DNA of 58,715 bases, from the NCBI GenBank assembly GCA_051453625.1, contig JBOZIK010000001.1:17068336-17127050 (forward strand). Reading direction: 5' to 3'. Positions within the stretch are counted from its first letter, which is position 1. Every line of letters starts with the position of its first letter. The notes under the pieces are model-generated. The model was not told the DNA's origin. It ran no database searches and saw only the letters and a list, made by a program, of their open reading frames with translations. The position numbers and the translations under genes were made by a program. Positions 26,601 through 39,512 of this stretch are shown piece by piece. This DNA comes from Welwitschia mirabilis (Eukaryota).

Positions 26601-27990
26601 GAGGTAATGGATAACCAAACCTTCTCATTACTTATTCTTAATACAATAATTTACCTAGAAAATAAATCTATTTGAGCTCTATTTTGCTATAGTTAATTCA
26701 TTCTTAAAATAACATCAAATTATCCCAATTCCAAAATCTGAAATTGGTCCTAAAAGACTATAACTTCCAATAACAACGTCACATATAGGAATCTTATCAA
26801 GAGCCCTAATCATACTACCATCTAAGAGTTTCACAATAACTTTATTTTTAGTATGTACTTTTGTAAATAACTTTTAAGACATAAAATAGAATATGATAGA
26901 ATCCATTGCTCCTGGATATAATATAATTATAATAGGAAGATTAAAAAAGGTACTTATGGTTTTCAAGATCACTAATGATAGAGAGTTCTTCTTATATATT
27001 GATGCATATAGCTTCTTAACATCAACTACATCCTATTCCTCATTCTTCTTCTTAGGACAAGTTCTAATCATATGATGTCCTCCACAATGATAACATTGAG
27101 TAGTTTTAGAATATCTAGCCCTTGTCCCTATAGCAGGCATGGCTAAATATGCCTTTTATTTTTCTTAGGATTTTCTTAACTCCATTTTGTTTACGTTTGC
27201 AACCTCGTGCTAACGCCTACCTTTATTTACTCTAGCATTTTTGAAGGAAGGGCTTTTTCTAGATTGATTTCCTCTATGATTCTATGAACATCCTCATTTG
27301 TACATAACATTTCTACTACTACTCCATAATTCTTTAGTAAGTTTGACCTTTTTCAAGATGTTTAAAAATGTCCTTAGTTGAAATATCTTAACTTGTTTTC
27401 AAATCATTAGGATGTAGGCTAGCTTCGAACCAATATATATTCCCCTCATTCACACTAGCTATTTTTGATAAATATATTAGTAGCTAGATGAACTTATTCT
27501 CATAAAAGGAAATTAACATTAATCCCTACCTATGGTTGTAAAATTCTTTTGCCCTAGCATTTGTGTAGCATTTAGATATGTAACCAACTCAAAATCATCA
27601 TTTAAATCCTCCCAAGATAGTTTATTAGGAAAAGTGGATTGTGGTTTTTTTTCATGCCAAGATAGAGCTACATTTTTCTTGAGTTGGTGCATGGTTAGAA
27701 TGGCCTTTTACTCTGATGTAAAATTGAACAGTTTTAAGTCACTATTAATAAAAATTATCCAAGCTTTCACTTTAGTTGTGTTATCACATCCTTCAAAAGT
27801 TTTTTGGGGAGGGGAATTATACATCTAAATTACATCATTAGATTTTGAGTCATATCTTTATTATTTCTTCTATCTTAGAGTCCATCTACCAAATGATCTA
27901 TAGTGGTTACTAAAGATCTCACATCTCAGACTACTGAAACTACTATTCTTGAAGCCATCTATTGATCCTACAAATTTTTAAATATGAATA
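23650..27990 (-). pseudogene. Tekay gag-pol, degenerate
   Basis: Knuckle CYHCGGHHMIRTC (~27057-27096); RT FILVFIDDVLMYS (~25895-25934); KGVFRFGKKGKLDSRFIEPY; HNVFHVSLLRK; chromodomain-type EEATWE (~23685-23702). Confidence 0.9.
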
Positions 27991-28038
27991 TTCCATATAT
28001 ATAAATCTATCACATTAAGGGCAATGTTACAACCTAGT

Positions 28039-28050
28039 GCATTGATATCA
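28039..28050 (-). other. Primer binding site (tRNA-Met type, decayed)
   Basis: Minus strand TGATATCAATGC, 3 nt from the LTR end at 28054. Confidence 0.7.
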
Positions 28051-28053
28051 AAA

Positions 28054-29839
28054 TGTAAATATCCACTTCTTAGATATTATGGAATTGCAAAAATTAAATA
28101 GCAAGAGAAGAACATCTAGATTTAAGCCTAATAGTATAATATAATACTTGCTAATTTAGTCAACTATGCTAGAATTGAGTATATACAACTTACCATATAT
28201 ATAGGAGTAAGGGTGATTTGCACTTAGTTTATTATCTTAACACAACTAAGTAAAATAATTAAGTAGTACTTATATATTTCTTTATATGGTGCTTAACACC
28301 TTTAAACATATTACCCTACAAATATTTTACGTACCTAGCTAATGTTTATATGCATCTAAGTTTTTCTTAAACATGTATAAAAATATTATATTACTTATAC
28401 CTAAACTAATATTTAAGTATCCCTTTAAAACATGTACTTTGATTTCTATGATTTAATAAGGTTCTCACTTACTAAACTAATTAAAAATTTTATTGATAGG
28501 ACTAAGTAAGGAATTTAGACCTATGAATGAAATTAATTAAATAAAAGAAGGAATAGAAAAAGGGTATGTACCACTCTATCAACTAGAACTTGCCACCTCT
28601 TAAACTATCAAGTTTCATAATAACTAGTTGGACCATTACTATTAACTTATCTACGTTTGATATGTAATCATATTTAAAATAAAGACCTAGTGCCTAAAAT
28701 TTCATGAACATTTCTACTAGCTACACTTATAGTCCTTAACAATGTAATGGGATATAGGTCCACTATCATCCAAATAGCAAACATAAAAAATAAGCATTTA
28801 TGCTTGTGGTTTCTCTCATTTATGATATGCATGCATGTGGGTATGAATTAGATAGGAAAAGGAAAGGTGTTCTACTATGAATATCACAGAGGGACCTATA
28901 GAAACAAAAGGATAAGAGGGCATTACATCTGTAAGCAACATAAAAGATGCACCTAAGGAAGGAGATTTTCATGAGGAAAAAGGAAAATCATATGGTTACG
29001 TTGTAGTGCTTTCTCAATGGCAATAGCAAGGTAAATTGTTATGAAGAATCATGACAAGATGAAATATTACCATTGTTTTATTTAGTTTGACTACACAATT
29101 GTCAATAAGAAAAATTCTTGAGAAGTACTAAAAAGTAAAACTTGAAATAGATTAATTGGAGGATGAAGGTATGCAGATAGTGAGGAAGAAAAACTAAGCT
29201 ATTGAGAAAGGGAGTTTTAGCAAAGAAGATAGGAGTTAATTCTTAAAAGAAAATGTTCTTAAGAATGTATTTGATACATTATTTTTATTTGATCATTTTA
29301 ATATTTAAGGATGCAAATTGAAAGTGCATGAACAATTATTTTTGGAAGCAACTACAACAAAACAAGATAGAAGGATGTTGAAAAAATAAGAGATGATGAG
29401 ATGGTGCTATACTAGCATTTGCTAGTGAAAGGAAAGTGAGAATAGAGTATGCATATCAATGGAGAACATGCAAACAAAGGAATAGAAAAGATGAGATGAG
29501 ACTTGATGACACAAAAGAATAGAAAGAATGTCAAGGATGCAATGGCATTAAAGGGCATCATAGGAAAAGATCCAAATTTTTTCTTTGTGCAAAAATGAAA
29601 TGGTAATGAAGAGATGCATTATGCAGTTAAAAGACATGTAAAGAATGAGATCATTTTGTGAATTAGCTACCCTAAAAATTGGGATAGCATTGAATGGTAA
29701 AGATAGAAAGAGGAAACCCACAATGCATCTAATGGAAGAACATCATCCAAATAAAGAAATATTATTTCTTACATGAAGGGGAGAAAATTACAATGAGGTG
29801 CTTAAAGAAATTATTAAATTGGAGATGACTAGTAAATAA
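28054..29839 (-). repeat. 5' LTR of Tekay element B (partial)
   Basis: Colinear with 19568-21350 and ends in an N-gap. Confidence 0.85.
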
Positions 29840-30194
29840 NNNNNNNNNNNNNNNNNNNNNNNNNNNNNNNNNNNNNNNNNNNNNNNNNNNNNNNNNNNNN
29901 NNNNNNNNNNNNNNNNNNNNNNNNNNNNNNNNNNNNNNNNNNNNNNNNNNNNNNNNNNNNNNNNNNNNNNNNNNNNNNNNNNNNNNNNNNNNNNNNNNNN
30001 NNNNNNNNNNNNNNNNNNNNNNNNNNNNNNNNNNNNNNNNNNNNNNNNNNNNNNNNNNNNNNNNNNNNNNNNNNNNNNNNNNNNNNNNNNNNNNNNNNNN
30101 NNNNNNNNNNNNNNNNNNNNNNNNNNNNNNNNNNNNNNNNNNNNNNNNNNNNNNNNNNNNNNNNNNNNNNNNNNNNNNNNNNNNNNNNNNNNNN

Positions 30195-33100
30195 TATAAT
30201 CTTTCTTAGTTATGAAGTAACGAATAGCAGCATGATTGGTATAAATATTTATATAAAAGTCTAAATGATATTTTCTAAGTATATCAAGCCAAAAAATGAT
30301 GGATAATATTTCCTTCTCTATAGTAGTATAATTCATTTGAATTCTAGAGAGATATTTGCTATAGTTAGATATAACTTTAAAATCATTTTTATATTTTTAA
30401 AAAGATATATCATCCATGATAAATTAATTTTATCATAGATTAATTTAAAATCCTTTTTCCAATTGGGTCATGTTACAATAGGAGAATAAGAAAGTTTACA
30501 TTTAAGCCTATCAAAAACAAGTTAACAAAATTCATTCCATTTAAATTTATCTTCTTTCTATAGCAATAAGTAAAAACTTTATAAATATTTACATAATTAT
30601 GATATATTTAGTAATAGAAATAACAATGACCAAGAAAATATCTAATATATTTTGCATTTGTATGGGGATTTAGGTTTTGAATAATACCAAATTTTTTAGA
30701 GTCCATCCTAATCCCCTCTTTTGAAATATGATGACCTAAAACAATTTTACTTTTAACTAAAAATAAACTCTTTTCTCAACTCAAATGTAGGCCACTAAAA
30801 ATAAAATGATCAAGGACTTTCTCTAAACATTATAAGATTTGTTCAAAAGTTTTAGCATAAATAGATAAGTCATAAATAAAAATTTCAATTGAATCCTTTA
30901 ATATATTAGAAACAATATCCATCATAGTAAGATAAAAAGTACAAGAAGCATTACAAAGTTCAAAAGGCATGAATTGAAAATAAAAAATACCAAAAGATAA
31001 AGTGAAAGTGGTTTTGGCTTAGTCCTCACTAGTAATACAAACCTAGTTGTAATCACTATATCCATTAAAAAAATAATAAAATTCATATCCCTTAATTCTA
31101 TCAAGTATCTGATCAAAAAAAGTTAAAGAACAATGATTTTTTTTGGTTAATTGATTTAATTTTCTAAAATCTATGCATATTCTTCATTTCCCATCTTTCT
31201 TAGATACTACCATCAAAAGGCCAATCCACTCACTATCATCTATAGCATAAATGATTTTAGCATCTATTAAGTTTATGATTTCATATTTAACAATTTGCTT
31301 AAGGGATGGATTAAGTCTACATTAGGGTTTCCTAATAGGTTCTATGTTATCTTTAAGGTAGATTTTATATTGAATAATTGAGATAGGAATGGTTGTCAAA
31401 TCATGATGAGACTAAGTGAACACATTTACCTTAGATTGTAAAAGAGAGATTAGTCTTAATTCTTATTAAGGGAAAAGATCTTTATTAATTATTAAATGTT
31501 TGTTTAGATCATTATTTAAAAAAATGTATATCAGTCCACTAGATAATTTTTTAAATTTATATTTAAATTTAGATTTTTATTTTTTGTTAAATTTTTAGGA
31601 AATTACATTGTCCTCTTAGACTGTCATCTAGATGTTAGAGTGAATAACCATCCTTAAAATATGAAATCTCAATTCTACTCAAGTCTCAGACTTCTACACA
31701 GTTAACATACTTAGTCTCTCTACTCTCTAAATTAAAATAATAAATTTTCAAATTGTCAAAATCAAGTTATCTTCATTAAAAATGTTCAAGTTGTCTACTT
31801 CTAATTGATTATCAAACAAAGTTGATTTATAAAGCATTGACCATTTCTCTTCAAGTGGTTGGTGTTGTAAAAATAAAGTTGGCTTTATTTCTTCTTCTAT
31901 ACTCAAATCGTTTTCTAAATCTTTTTTAGCTATGTTAAATAATTTTATTGAAAACTTCTTATTTCCTAAATAATACTCCATCAAACTTGTTCTTATATCT
32001 ATAATACAATGAATTATTGCACAAAAAGGTCTACCTAGAAGTAAGGGATAACCACCAGTATGTTTAACTTCTATCACAACAATATCAATGGGGTAGAAAG
32101 CTTCTTCAATTTAAATGACCAAATCCTTAATCACATTTAAAGATTTTTTAATAGAGGTATCAACCAATTTTAAAACAATTCTTATGGGCTCTATTCTATG
32201 TTTCAATGCAAGTATTTGATAAATGTGCAAGTGTATAATGTTGACAATAGCTCTAATATCAATCAAGGCTTTCTTAATCATCCTATTTCCCTCTAAAATG
32301 ATACTAATAGTTGCTACCCTTGGATCTTTAAGATTTAGACATTTTTGTAAAACTAAATTATTAATGAATTTAACTAGGAAGACCTTACTAGGGAAGGTTT
32401 ATTTTTATTTCCTCCTAATCAGGTCTTTCTATAAATTATAATACTTAGGGTTCTCTTACAAAAGTTTCTAAAATAACAAATTGATACTCACATTTTTCAT
32501 TAGGGCTTTTAAATGATCATCAAAAATAGAAGTCAGGTTCAATCTATTAAGCTAAGATGTAGTAGGTTTCTTATGAAAATACTTTTTATTTTTATTGCTT
32601 AATGGAGAAGGAAGAGAATGATTTTCTAAAATTCTATGTCCTCTTCTTCATCATTTTTGTTACTTTGTGATGTGAAAGACTCATAGGTAGGAGGTGTTAT
32701 ATAATTTCCACTTCTTGTCATCATCTTATAATTGTTCTTAACTTCATTTGAGTTTAATAAAGATTGAGTGGTAAGTGAGCCTTGTGATTTTTGATTAGTA
32801 AGCATGATTTATTACAAAATACTTTAAGATTTTTAATGTTTGAGTTTATTCTTTCTTATGTTTTTCTTAACTTATCAATAGAATTCCTAAGAGGATAACC
32901 TTGGTTTGGTGATTTGAATGAGATTTCTTAATTATTTGAGTTGTTTGATTAGAACTTTATATTCTAAAATCTCTTTTAAATGGTTTGAAATTAGGATGAT
33001 TTGTTTGAAAATTTTTAAAGTTAAATTGTCCATTCATTCTAGATTAAAAACTATTCTAATTTTGGATTTAACTTTAGTTTTGGTTTTGGTTAAAGTTTGA

Positions 33101-34170
33101 GAACCTTTGGTTAAAGGCATATACTTCCTTATAGATTCTTTCTTTGAAATTTAGAAGTAAAGGGAATTATTTTGTAACATTATAGTTATCTTCATACAAA
33201 TCACAAACACGAGCTACAACTACACTTTTTTTTATTGCTACCTTTGCATCTAAAATAATTTGAGTGTATTTTTTTAAAGTTGAAGTGAAATCCTTAATGA
33301 TATTTATTAATTCATTTTTTATTTATTATTTCTTCTTTTTCTTGTTTAACGTCCTTAATATCTTTAATTATTTAACCTATAGTTTGGTTTTTTCTAGATG
33401 AGGATTTAGGCTCAGTTTAACTTACTTATACCAACCATTTCAACACTTTCCAAGCATCTTCTAAGGTAAATTTTAATAAATTCCATCTATATAAAAAATC
33501 AACTAGTTGCTTTATTTGATTATTGAGTCTACTATAAAAGTAGCCTACTAATTCTTCCTAAGAAAAAGCATTTATAGGATTCAAATGTAAAGAAATGAAA
33601 AATCTCTCATAGGTAGAGGTATAATCTTTATTAGGAAATTGTTGGAAGTTGGTTATTTCTTTCTTATGTTTTCTAATGATTATTTCACTCATGAATCTCT
33701 GAATGAAAGCTTTTTGAACTTGACTCCATGATTTTAAACTTTTATATAGAATTATTCTTAACCAAATTTTAGCTTTATCTTTTAAAGTAATGGAAAAAAT
33801 GATCATGTAAGTTCTATAACTTATTCTTTTCTTACCATTTCATGAAGTAAGCACTAATTGTTTTCTATCGACAATGTGTTGTAAAGGGTTTTCATCAAGT
33901 TCTCCACTAAAAATGGGATAGGCATTTAGGTTTCTCAGTTCAACATGATCACTGAGAGGTAAATCAAAATGGGTTCAAATTTCATATTTTTATTGTCAAT
34001 TTGATCTCTAAGAGTAACGTTAGCATTAGATTTAACAAGTGTAGTTGTAAGGTTCCAATGATAAGGAATGGATTAAGAGAAGAGGTTTTATTTTGTTTTT
34101 GTGACATGCTAGACCTATTTAGAAATTGAAAACTATCATCAACATAATCTTTGAAAAAATTTTCTCTCAC
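30195..34170 (-). pseudogene. Athila-like gag-pol, degenerate
   Basis: gag FSITLKDKAKIWL...SWSQVQKAFIQRF; protease YPLLLGRPF; RT LIDAKIIYAIDDSEWIGLLMVVSKKDGK*RICIDFRKLN; RH NYTTIEKEILSIIF...YTNHAAIRYF. Confidence 0.9.
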
Positions 34171-34780
34171 AAAATTAGACTCTAAAGAAATAAAAGTAGA
34201 AATTTTTGGAATTTTTATACTTGCATATCTTTAGTATGTGTACTTGAGTTAGTTTTGAGATCGATTAAACCTTCTCAGATATTTTCTTCTATGAATAGTC
34301 ACTCTCTTTAGTATTTTTTTTCTTACTAGATTTTACGATACATGATCAGTTTTTAATGCATAAAGTGTTATTCCTATAGTTCTTTAGATGATCATCTAGA
34401 TGACAGAAATATAGAAAACAAGAAAAATAAAAAATGCAAAAAAATAAAAATGCAAAAATGATAGATACAGAAAACATAGATAATATATTGTCATCTATTT
34501 GGCTCATTTGGACGATAGAGGGGATGATAGAAAAAAAACCCTTAAAATTTAGAAAAAATAAAAAGCTGAAAACTCAAAGCATAGATATCATCATCATTAC
34601 ATGTTATTTGGATGATGACATAGATGAAAAAGCTTTTATTTCAGAATAGAAAAACTAAAACTTTTGAAAAGAAAACCTAAACTACTACCAATAAAAATAC
34701 AACATTATTGTAGGCAAATGTTTGAATAGAGATTAAAATACTCACCTAAGAAATGATAACTCTTAAATCCTAAGTAACTT

Positions 34781-34798
34781 TCCCTAGAAATGATGCCA
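34781..34798 (-). other. Primer binding site (tRNA-Asp type, decayed)
   Basis: Minus strand TGGCATCATTTCTAGGGA versus canonical TGGCGCCGTTGCCGGGGA. Confidence 0.75.
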
Positions 34799-34801
34799 AC
34801 A

Positions 34802-35899
34802 TGTTGCGATGCATATTTGTGCAAATGATTACTCTAAAGAAGATCCTATCATTTACAAATAAAATAGATATCTACATAATACAACTTACTAATATAAATG
34901 GAACTTGGCCTAAATGTCATATTCTATCAAAGAACCAAGCTAGAAAAAGAGAATTGATTTTAACAAGAAATGCTATGTATTTTATCAATAGAAATAAAAT
35001 GCAAGGTAAGAAAAAAGCAATGCAACATGCTTATGAAAAGTTAATCTAGGGAAGAAAAATAACAATGCACCTAAACTAATAATGCTCAACCTTGATAAAA
35101 TTTTCTTCCATAACCTATATCACTTAAGAAATTGTCATTAAATTAAAAGGAACATAAACTATAACTAGTAAGAAAAAATAAGCATAGAAATTGAAAAAGA
35201 GTCTTTGTATTAATCACACCACATCTATGTTACAAAACAGTCATACCTTAATGGAGGAAGCATAGCCTAACACCAAGAAATACATCTCTTTACAACTACT
35301 AAGGATGAATCTCTGTCCCATCAATCTCCTATTATAAGAATTTCTAGTGCAATAAAATACCAAATAGAATCAAGAATGGAATCGACACTTATCGATACAA
35401 ACATACAAATAACAAAATAAATAGATAGGCATGGGTACAACCCTAATGGCTGCAATACAAATAGACACATAAATGGCTAGAATTAGGTGAATATTCAGTG
35501 GGATGTTACAATAGATATCATCTTACTAGCTGTCTGGACAATATAAGGGATGATGCCACTTAATACGTAATCCACATCATCTGTCAAATTGATCAAAGTT
35601 AACATCCTTATTATATTTAATGTTCTATCATCTATACATTCATCTAGATGATGAGGTCAATGATAGGGTTTTACAAGTATTTATCTAATGCATCAGCTTC
35701 AATATTTAAAGGAAATTTGTCTTAAAAATAGAAAGTATTGGAAACTATTCTAAATGTTGTAAATTTCATAAAGATTATATGTTTTTATATCTTTCATCTC
35801 AGCTCCTCATTATTATAGAAATCTAGCATAAACTTATCTAATATCTTATAAAACTACTCAAAATATTCTATCAAATATATGCAAGTTAGTAGTGCAATA
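34802..35899 (-). repeat. 5' LTR (~1.1 kb), Athila-like family
   Basis: Termini match the reverse complement of the ends of 44261-46188 and the ends of 21607-21889. Confidence 0.85.
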
Positions 35900-36960
35900 G
35901 TACCTATCAAAATTTAAAAGATAAACTTTTAACAATACCTATTTTATAAGAAGCTAATTAGACAAGACCATTCCACATTATGATCAATGCATCAAGTCAT
36001 GCTATGGAAGATATTGTGGAATAAAAATATGAAAACAATAAACCATATACTATTACCAATATTAGTAATAACTTTAAAATAATTTAATAAAATTACATAG
36101 TAACTAAGAAAGGGTTGTTAGCAGTAGTAATAAAATTAGAAAAATTCAGACATTATATTTTAGGTTAAAAAGTAAAAGTTCATACAAACTATAGTGCTAT
36201 TAGATTTCTAATGAATTAAAAAAAGATAATTTAAGAATTATGAGATGAATACTATTAATATAATAATCTAACTTAAAAATTATTAATAAAGAGGGACAAA
36301 AATGTTGTATTAATTCATCTCTCAAGATTAGAGTTTCCTAATGAAGAGCAAATGAACATGAGATATGGATTTTCATATGAACATCTTTTTTAAGTAAAAA
36401 TCAATTCATGGTATGCTAACATAATAAATTTTAATGTAAGTAAGAAACTACCATCTTTTATAAATTAGTATGAAAGAAAAACATTTTTACGATAATATAG
36501 AAACTACATATGACATGATAAGGTATTATTTAGAAGATGTAAAGATCATGTTATTAGAAGATGTGTAGAAGAAAATTTATAAAAAAAAGTTTTGAAGAAA
36601 GCTCATGAGGGAGAAGGATGAGAAAATTATGGTGTAAGAAGAATAAGGATAAAAATTCTGCATATGGAAAACCATTGAACCACAACATTCAAATATTCAA
36701 ATGCTTATATCTAAAGGAGAAGAAGCATTTAACCAAAAATCAGAAATGAAACAACAATGGATTTAGTCAATTTAATCTTTTAATGTCTAAGGGAATAGAT
36801 TTCATTGGACTTATCAATCCTTTCTTCTATAGAAAAAACATATTTTGTTTTGTGTTGATTACTTTAATAAATGGGCTAAGGCTGAGGCTATATCTCACTA
36901 TTTTTTCCAAACTATAGATAACTTTTTTCTTAAGAATATCATCTATCAGTTTGAAGCCCC
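35900..36960 (+). pseudogene. Gypsy (Athila-like) RNase H - integrase fragment
   Basis: LKDKLLTIPIL...PFHIMINASSHAM; LLAVVIKLEKFRHYILG*KVKVHTNYSAIRFL; GIDFIGLINP...CVDYFNKWAKAEA. Confidence 0.85.
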
Positions 36961-36969
36961 TTGAACTTG

Positions 36970-38584
36970 AAATCAAAGAAATACTATTTTTATGGCTAAT
37001 TAATAACTTACATGCATTAAGTGATTAAAATAACAACAACAATTACACACCCTTATATGAATTAACTTACAAAATATTTTCAAAAAGTAAAATTTGTAAT
37101 AATTAAAATAATAAGATAGTCCACAATCAATAATAAAAAAATACAATATAATGACAAGCCTAAATATTTCCTTTGATGAATATTTAAGATTCTTGAAGTT
37201 GTTGTTGTCATCATGAGTATGAATGAGAAAGATGATAGCAAGAAACATCCAAATCCAAGAGATAAAAACAATATTAGCTCCTTACCAATGGATCCCTTGA
37301 TTCTTTCATGAGAAGTTTCCGTAACTCATGCTTTTGAACATTTGTATATTTAATTGATTTAATAAAGTACCAAAAGTTCTTCTTTATTTTGTAACATCGA
37401 GGCTTTGTAAGATTGAAGAAGACCTAGTTGTTTAAGCTTAAATAATAGTTGTTTGATTCTATAACCACTGTGTAATAAATAGTCAACATTTATGTTTTGG
37501 GCATGTATTTTCCCTTTTAATTGATATGAACTTTAGTTTAAGAAATATTGAATTTTATAAACATATTTACTTTAGACATCTTTACGTTTTTATACATCTT
37601 TAGTTAACTTGCCTAGATTCTAATGAATTTTACACTATAGTATCTTCAGACCTTTGTGATCATAAATTTGTAATATATAAGTTCATTGTTTACCTAAAAT
37701 GTAATTTATTAGTTAAAATTAAATTAACTTTATTACTTGTTTTAGCTCATTACATTTGATCTGTCTCTACTTTTCTAGACATCTTCATTCAAGATGTCTT
37801 CAATTTCTTAGATGTTTTTAGATAATTTATTTTGCAGTATAGCCTTTGATCATTCATAAGATATTGTATTTGAACACACATCATGATCAAGTATCCATCA
37901 AGGTATGATGTTCTTGTAATAACCATCTACACAATGACATAAAATGTTTGACAAGTGAAATCATCAAAACTAAATTTCCAACAATCTTCTTCTTTTTGAT
38001 AATGTCCAAAACATGGAAAATATCATTACTGCAATCTCAACTAATTAATTAAAATTAGACATTTGTTCTAAAAAAATTCACATAATAACTAGTTTTAATA
38101 ATCATGATATGTACCACTTGAAATTAAGAAAAATCACATAGATATATATACCACTTGAATAAATAGAATAAGACATGTAAAGAATTACTTAAGAAACTTT
38201 GAAAAATACATAAAAATAGATGATAAATCACTGTATTCTTCATTCACATATATATGTAAAAAATAAAGGACATAAACATTTTATAATTTATTAATTGTAA
38301 TTTACTAATGGAAATGTATCATTTTTAGAGCATAAAATACAATTTTGTATGCCACATTATAGCATAACTAATGGAAATTATGCTAGTCATCGTATGAAAA
38401 TATTTAAATCATAAAATAATCAAAATATGACATATTCAAAATTATGCCAACAAAAGTATAAGATTAAGAATGATAAATGTACCAAACACAATACATGTAA
38501 TAACAAGCATAATGTTAAGAAAGTGTCAAATAATATGAATGTATGCCAAAACATCAATAATGTATTATCAATAAAAATGATGAG
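36970..38584 (-). mobile_element. Remnant of a second Sirevirus-like element: 3' LTR (to 37983), decayed PPT and adjacent internal sequence
   Basis: Minus strand ATCAAAAAGAAGAAGAT|TGTTGGAAATTTAGTTTTGATGAT mirrors the Sirevirus PPT/LTR junction with G>A decay. Left boundary uncertain. Confidence 0.6.
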
Positions 38585-39512
38585 TGTAATTTTTCTTATT
38601 ACTAAAATATTTTTATTCTTATAATTATATATTTTAGATGGTATTCAATATTTCTCTTTATCATTTAAGTTAATATGCTAGTTAATTAATAGGTTAGTTA
38701 GTTAATATGTTAGTAGGTTAGCATATATATATATATATATATAAATATAATGCCATTTGGTATGATAATGAGGGAGAAGGTAAAGGTGGTAAAAATACAA
38801 TAACAACTTTAATTATAAACCTATTCTTAATGAGAAAATAAAGAAAATTTTAAAACAAAAAGGATAAATGGTATAAGGAGGAGATGACCACAGAAAGTAG
38901 GAATCTTTTGGCAAAAGCCTTTAAGAATAGAGCTAAGTAAAGAGGTCAATAAGAAGCTCTCATTATCCTACAAAGGACATAGCATGATCTGTAATATTTC
39001 AATGTTGCCTACAAAGAAAAACAAAAACTTATCAATATATTTCTATGTAGTAATTTGATATTTTAATATAAAGCTAAAAATCTAATATTTTTAAATATTA
39101 TCATGAACATGTTTTATCACTTGAAAAAGGAAATAAAATAATATTTCATTTTACTTGCTCTTGTTTTTGTAGATGAATATGAATTAGGATAATTAATTAT
39201 TCAAGGTTTCATCTAAAATCTCTATTATGTTTTTCCATTTTATTAATTCCCCCTACTATATATATATGTATATAACAGAGTTATCAATTATCAACCTGAC
39301 TAGTCAAAGTAACTTTACCATGAGTTCATCTTAATGATTCATTTTAAATTAAATGGTTAATGTGTTAGTGTTTCAACTAGTTCTTTAGTAAATCTTTAAT
39401 TTTTATTTAATGATTTAAGCTTATTTCATGTTTACAGCATCATGGTTTTATGCTTTTTTTAGCATAGTTCTTAATATTTTCTACATTTATTTTACAACAT
39501 AAGCTTTCATCA
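38585..39512 (+). repeat. Isolated LTR (~0.93 kb), same family as 46333-47254
   Basis: TGTAAT...TCATCA termini; colinear similarity with 46333-47254; no PBS follows and I found no TSD. Confidence 0.75.
38723..38743. repeat. (AT)n microsatellite
   Basis: About 10 AT units. Confidence 0.9.

Larger units (their letters stand above)
19568..29839 (-). mobile_element. Ty3/gypsy chromovirus (Tekay/Del), element B, inserted in the 5' LTR of element A; its own 5' LTR is cut by a gap
   Basis: 19568-~21350 is homologous to 28054-29839 (both begin ...cacttcttagatattatggaattg). PBS at 28039-28050. 3' LTR starts TGTAAT at 23606 after a decayed Tekay-type PPT region. Confidence 0.85.
30195..35899 (-). mobile_element. 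Athila-like Ty3/gypsy element (5' LTR through RNase H); 3' part lost at the gap
   Basis: LTR 34802-35899 (tgttgcg...gtgcaata), Asp-type PBS at 34781-34798, and gag, protease, RT and RH remnants. Confidence 0.88.
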
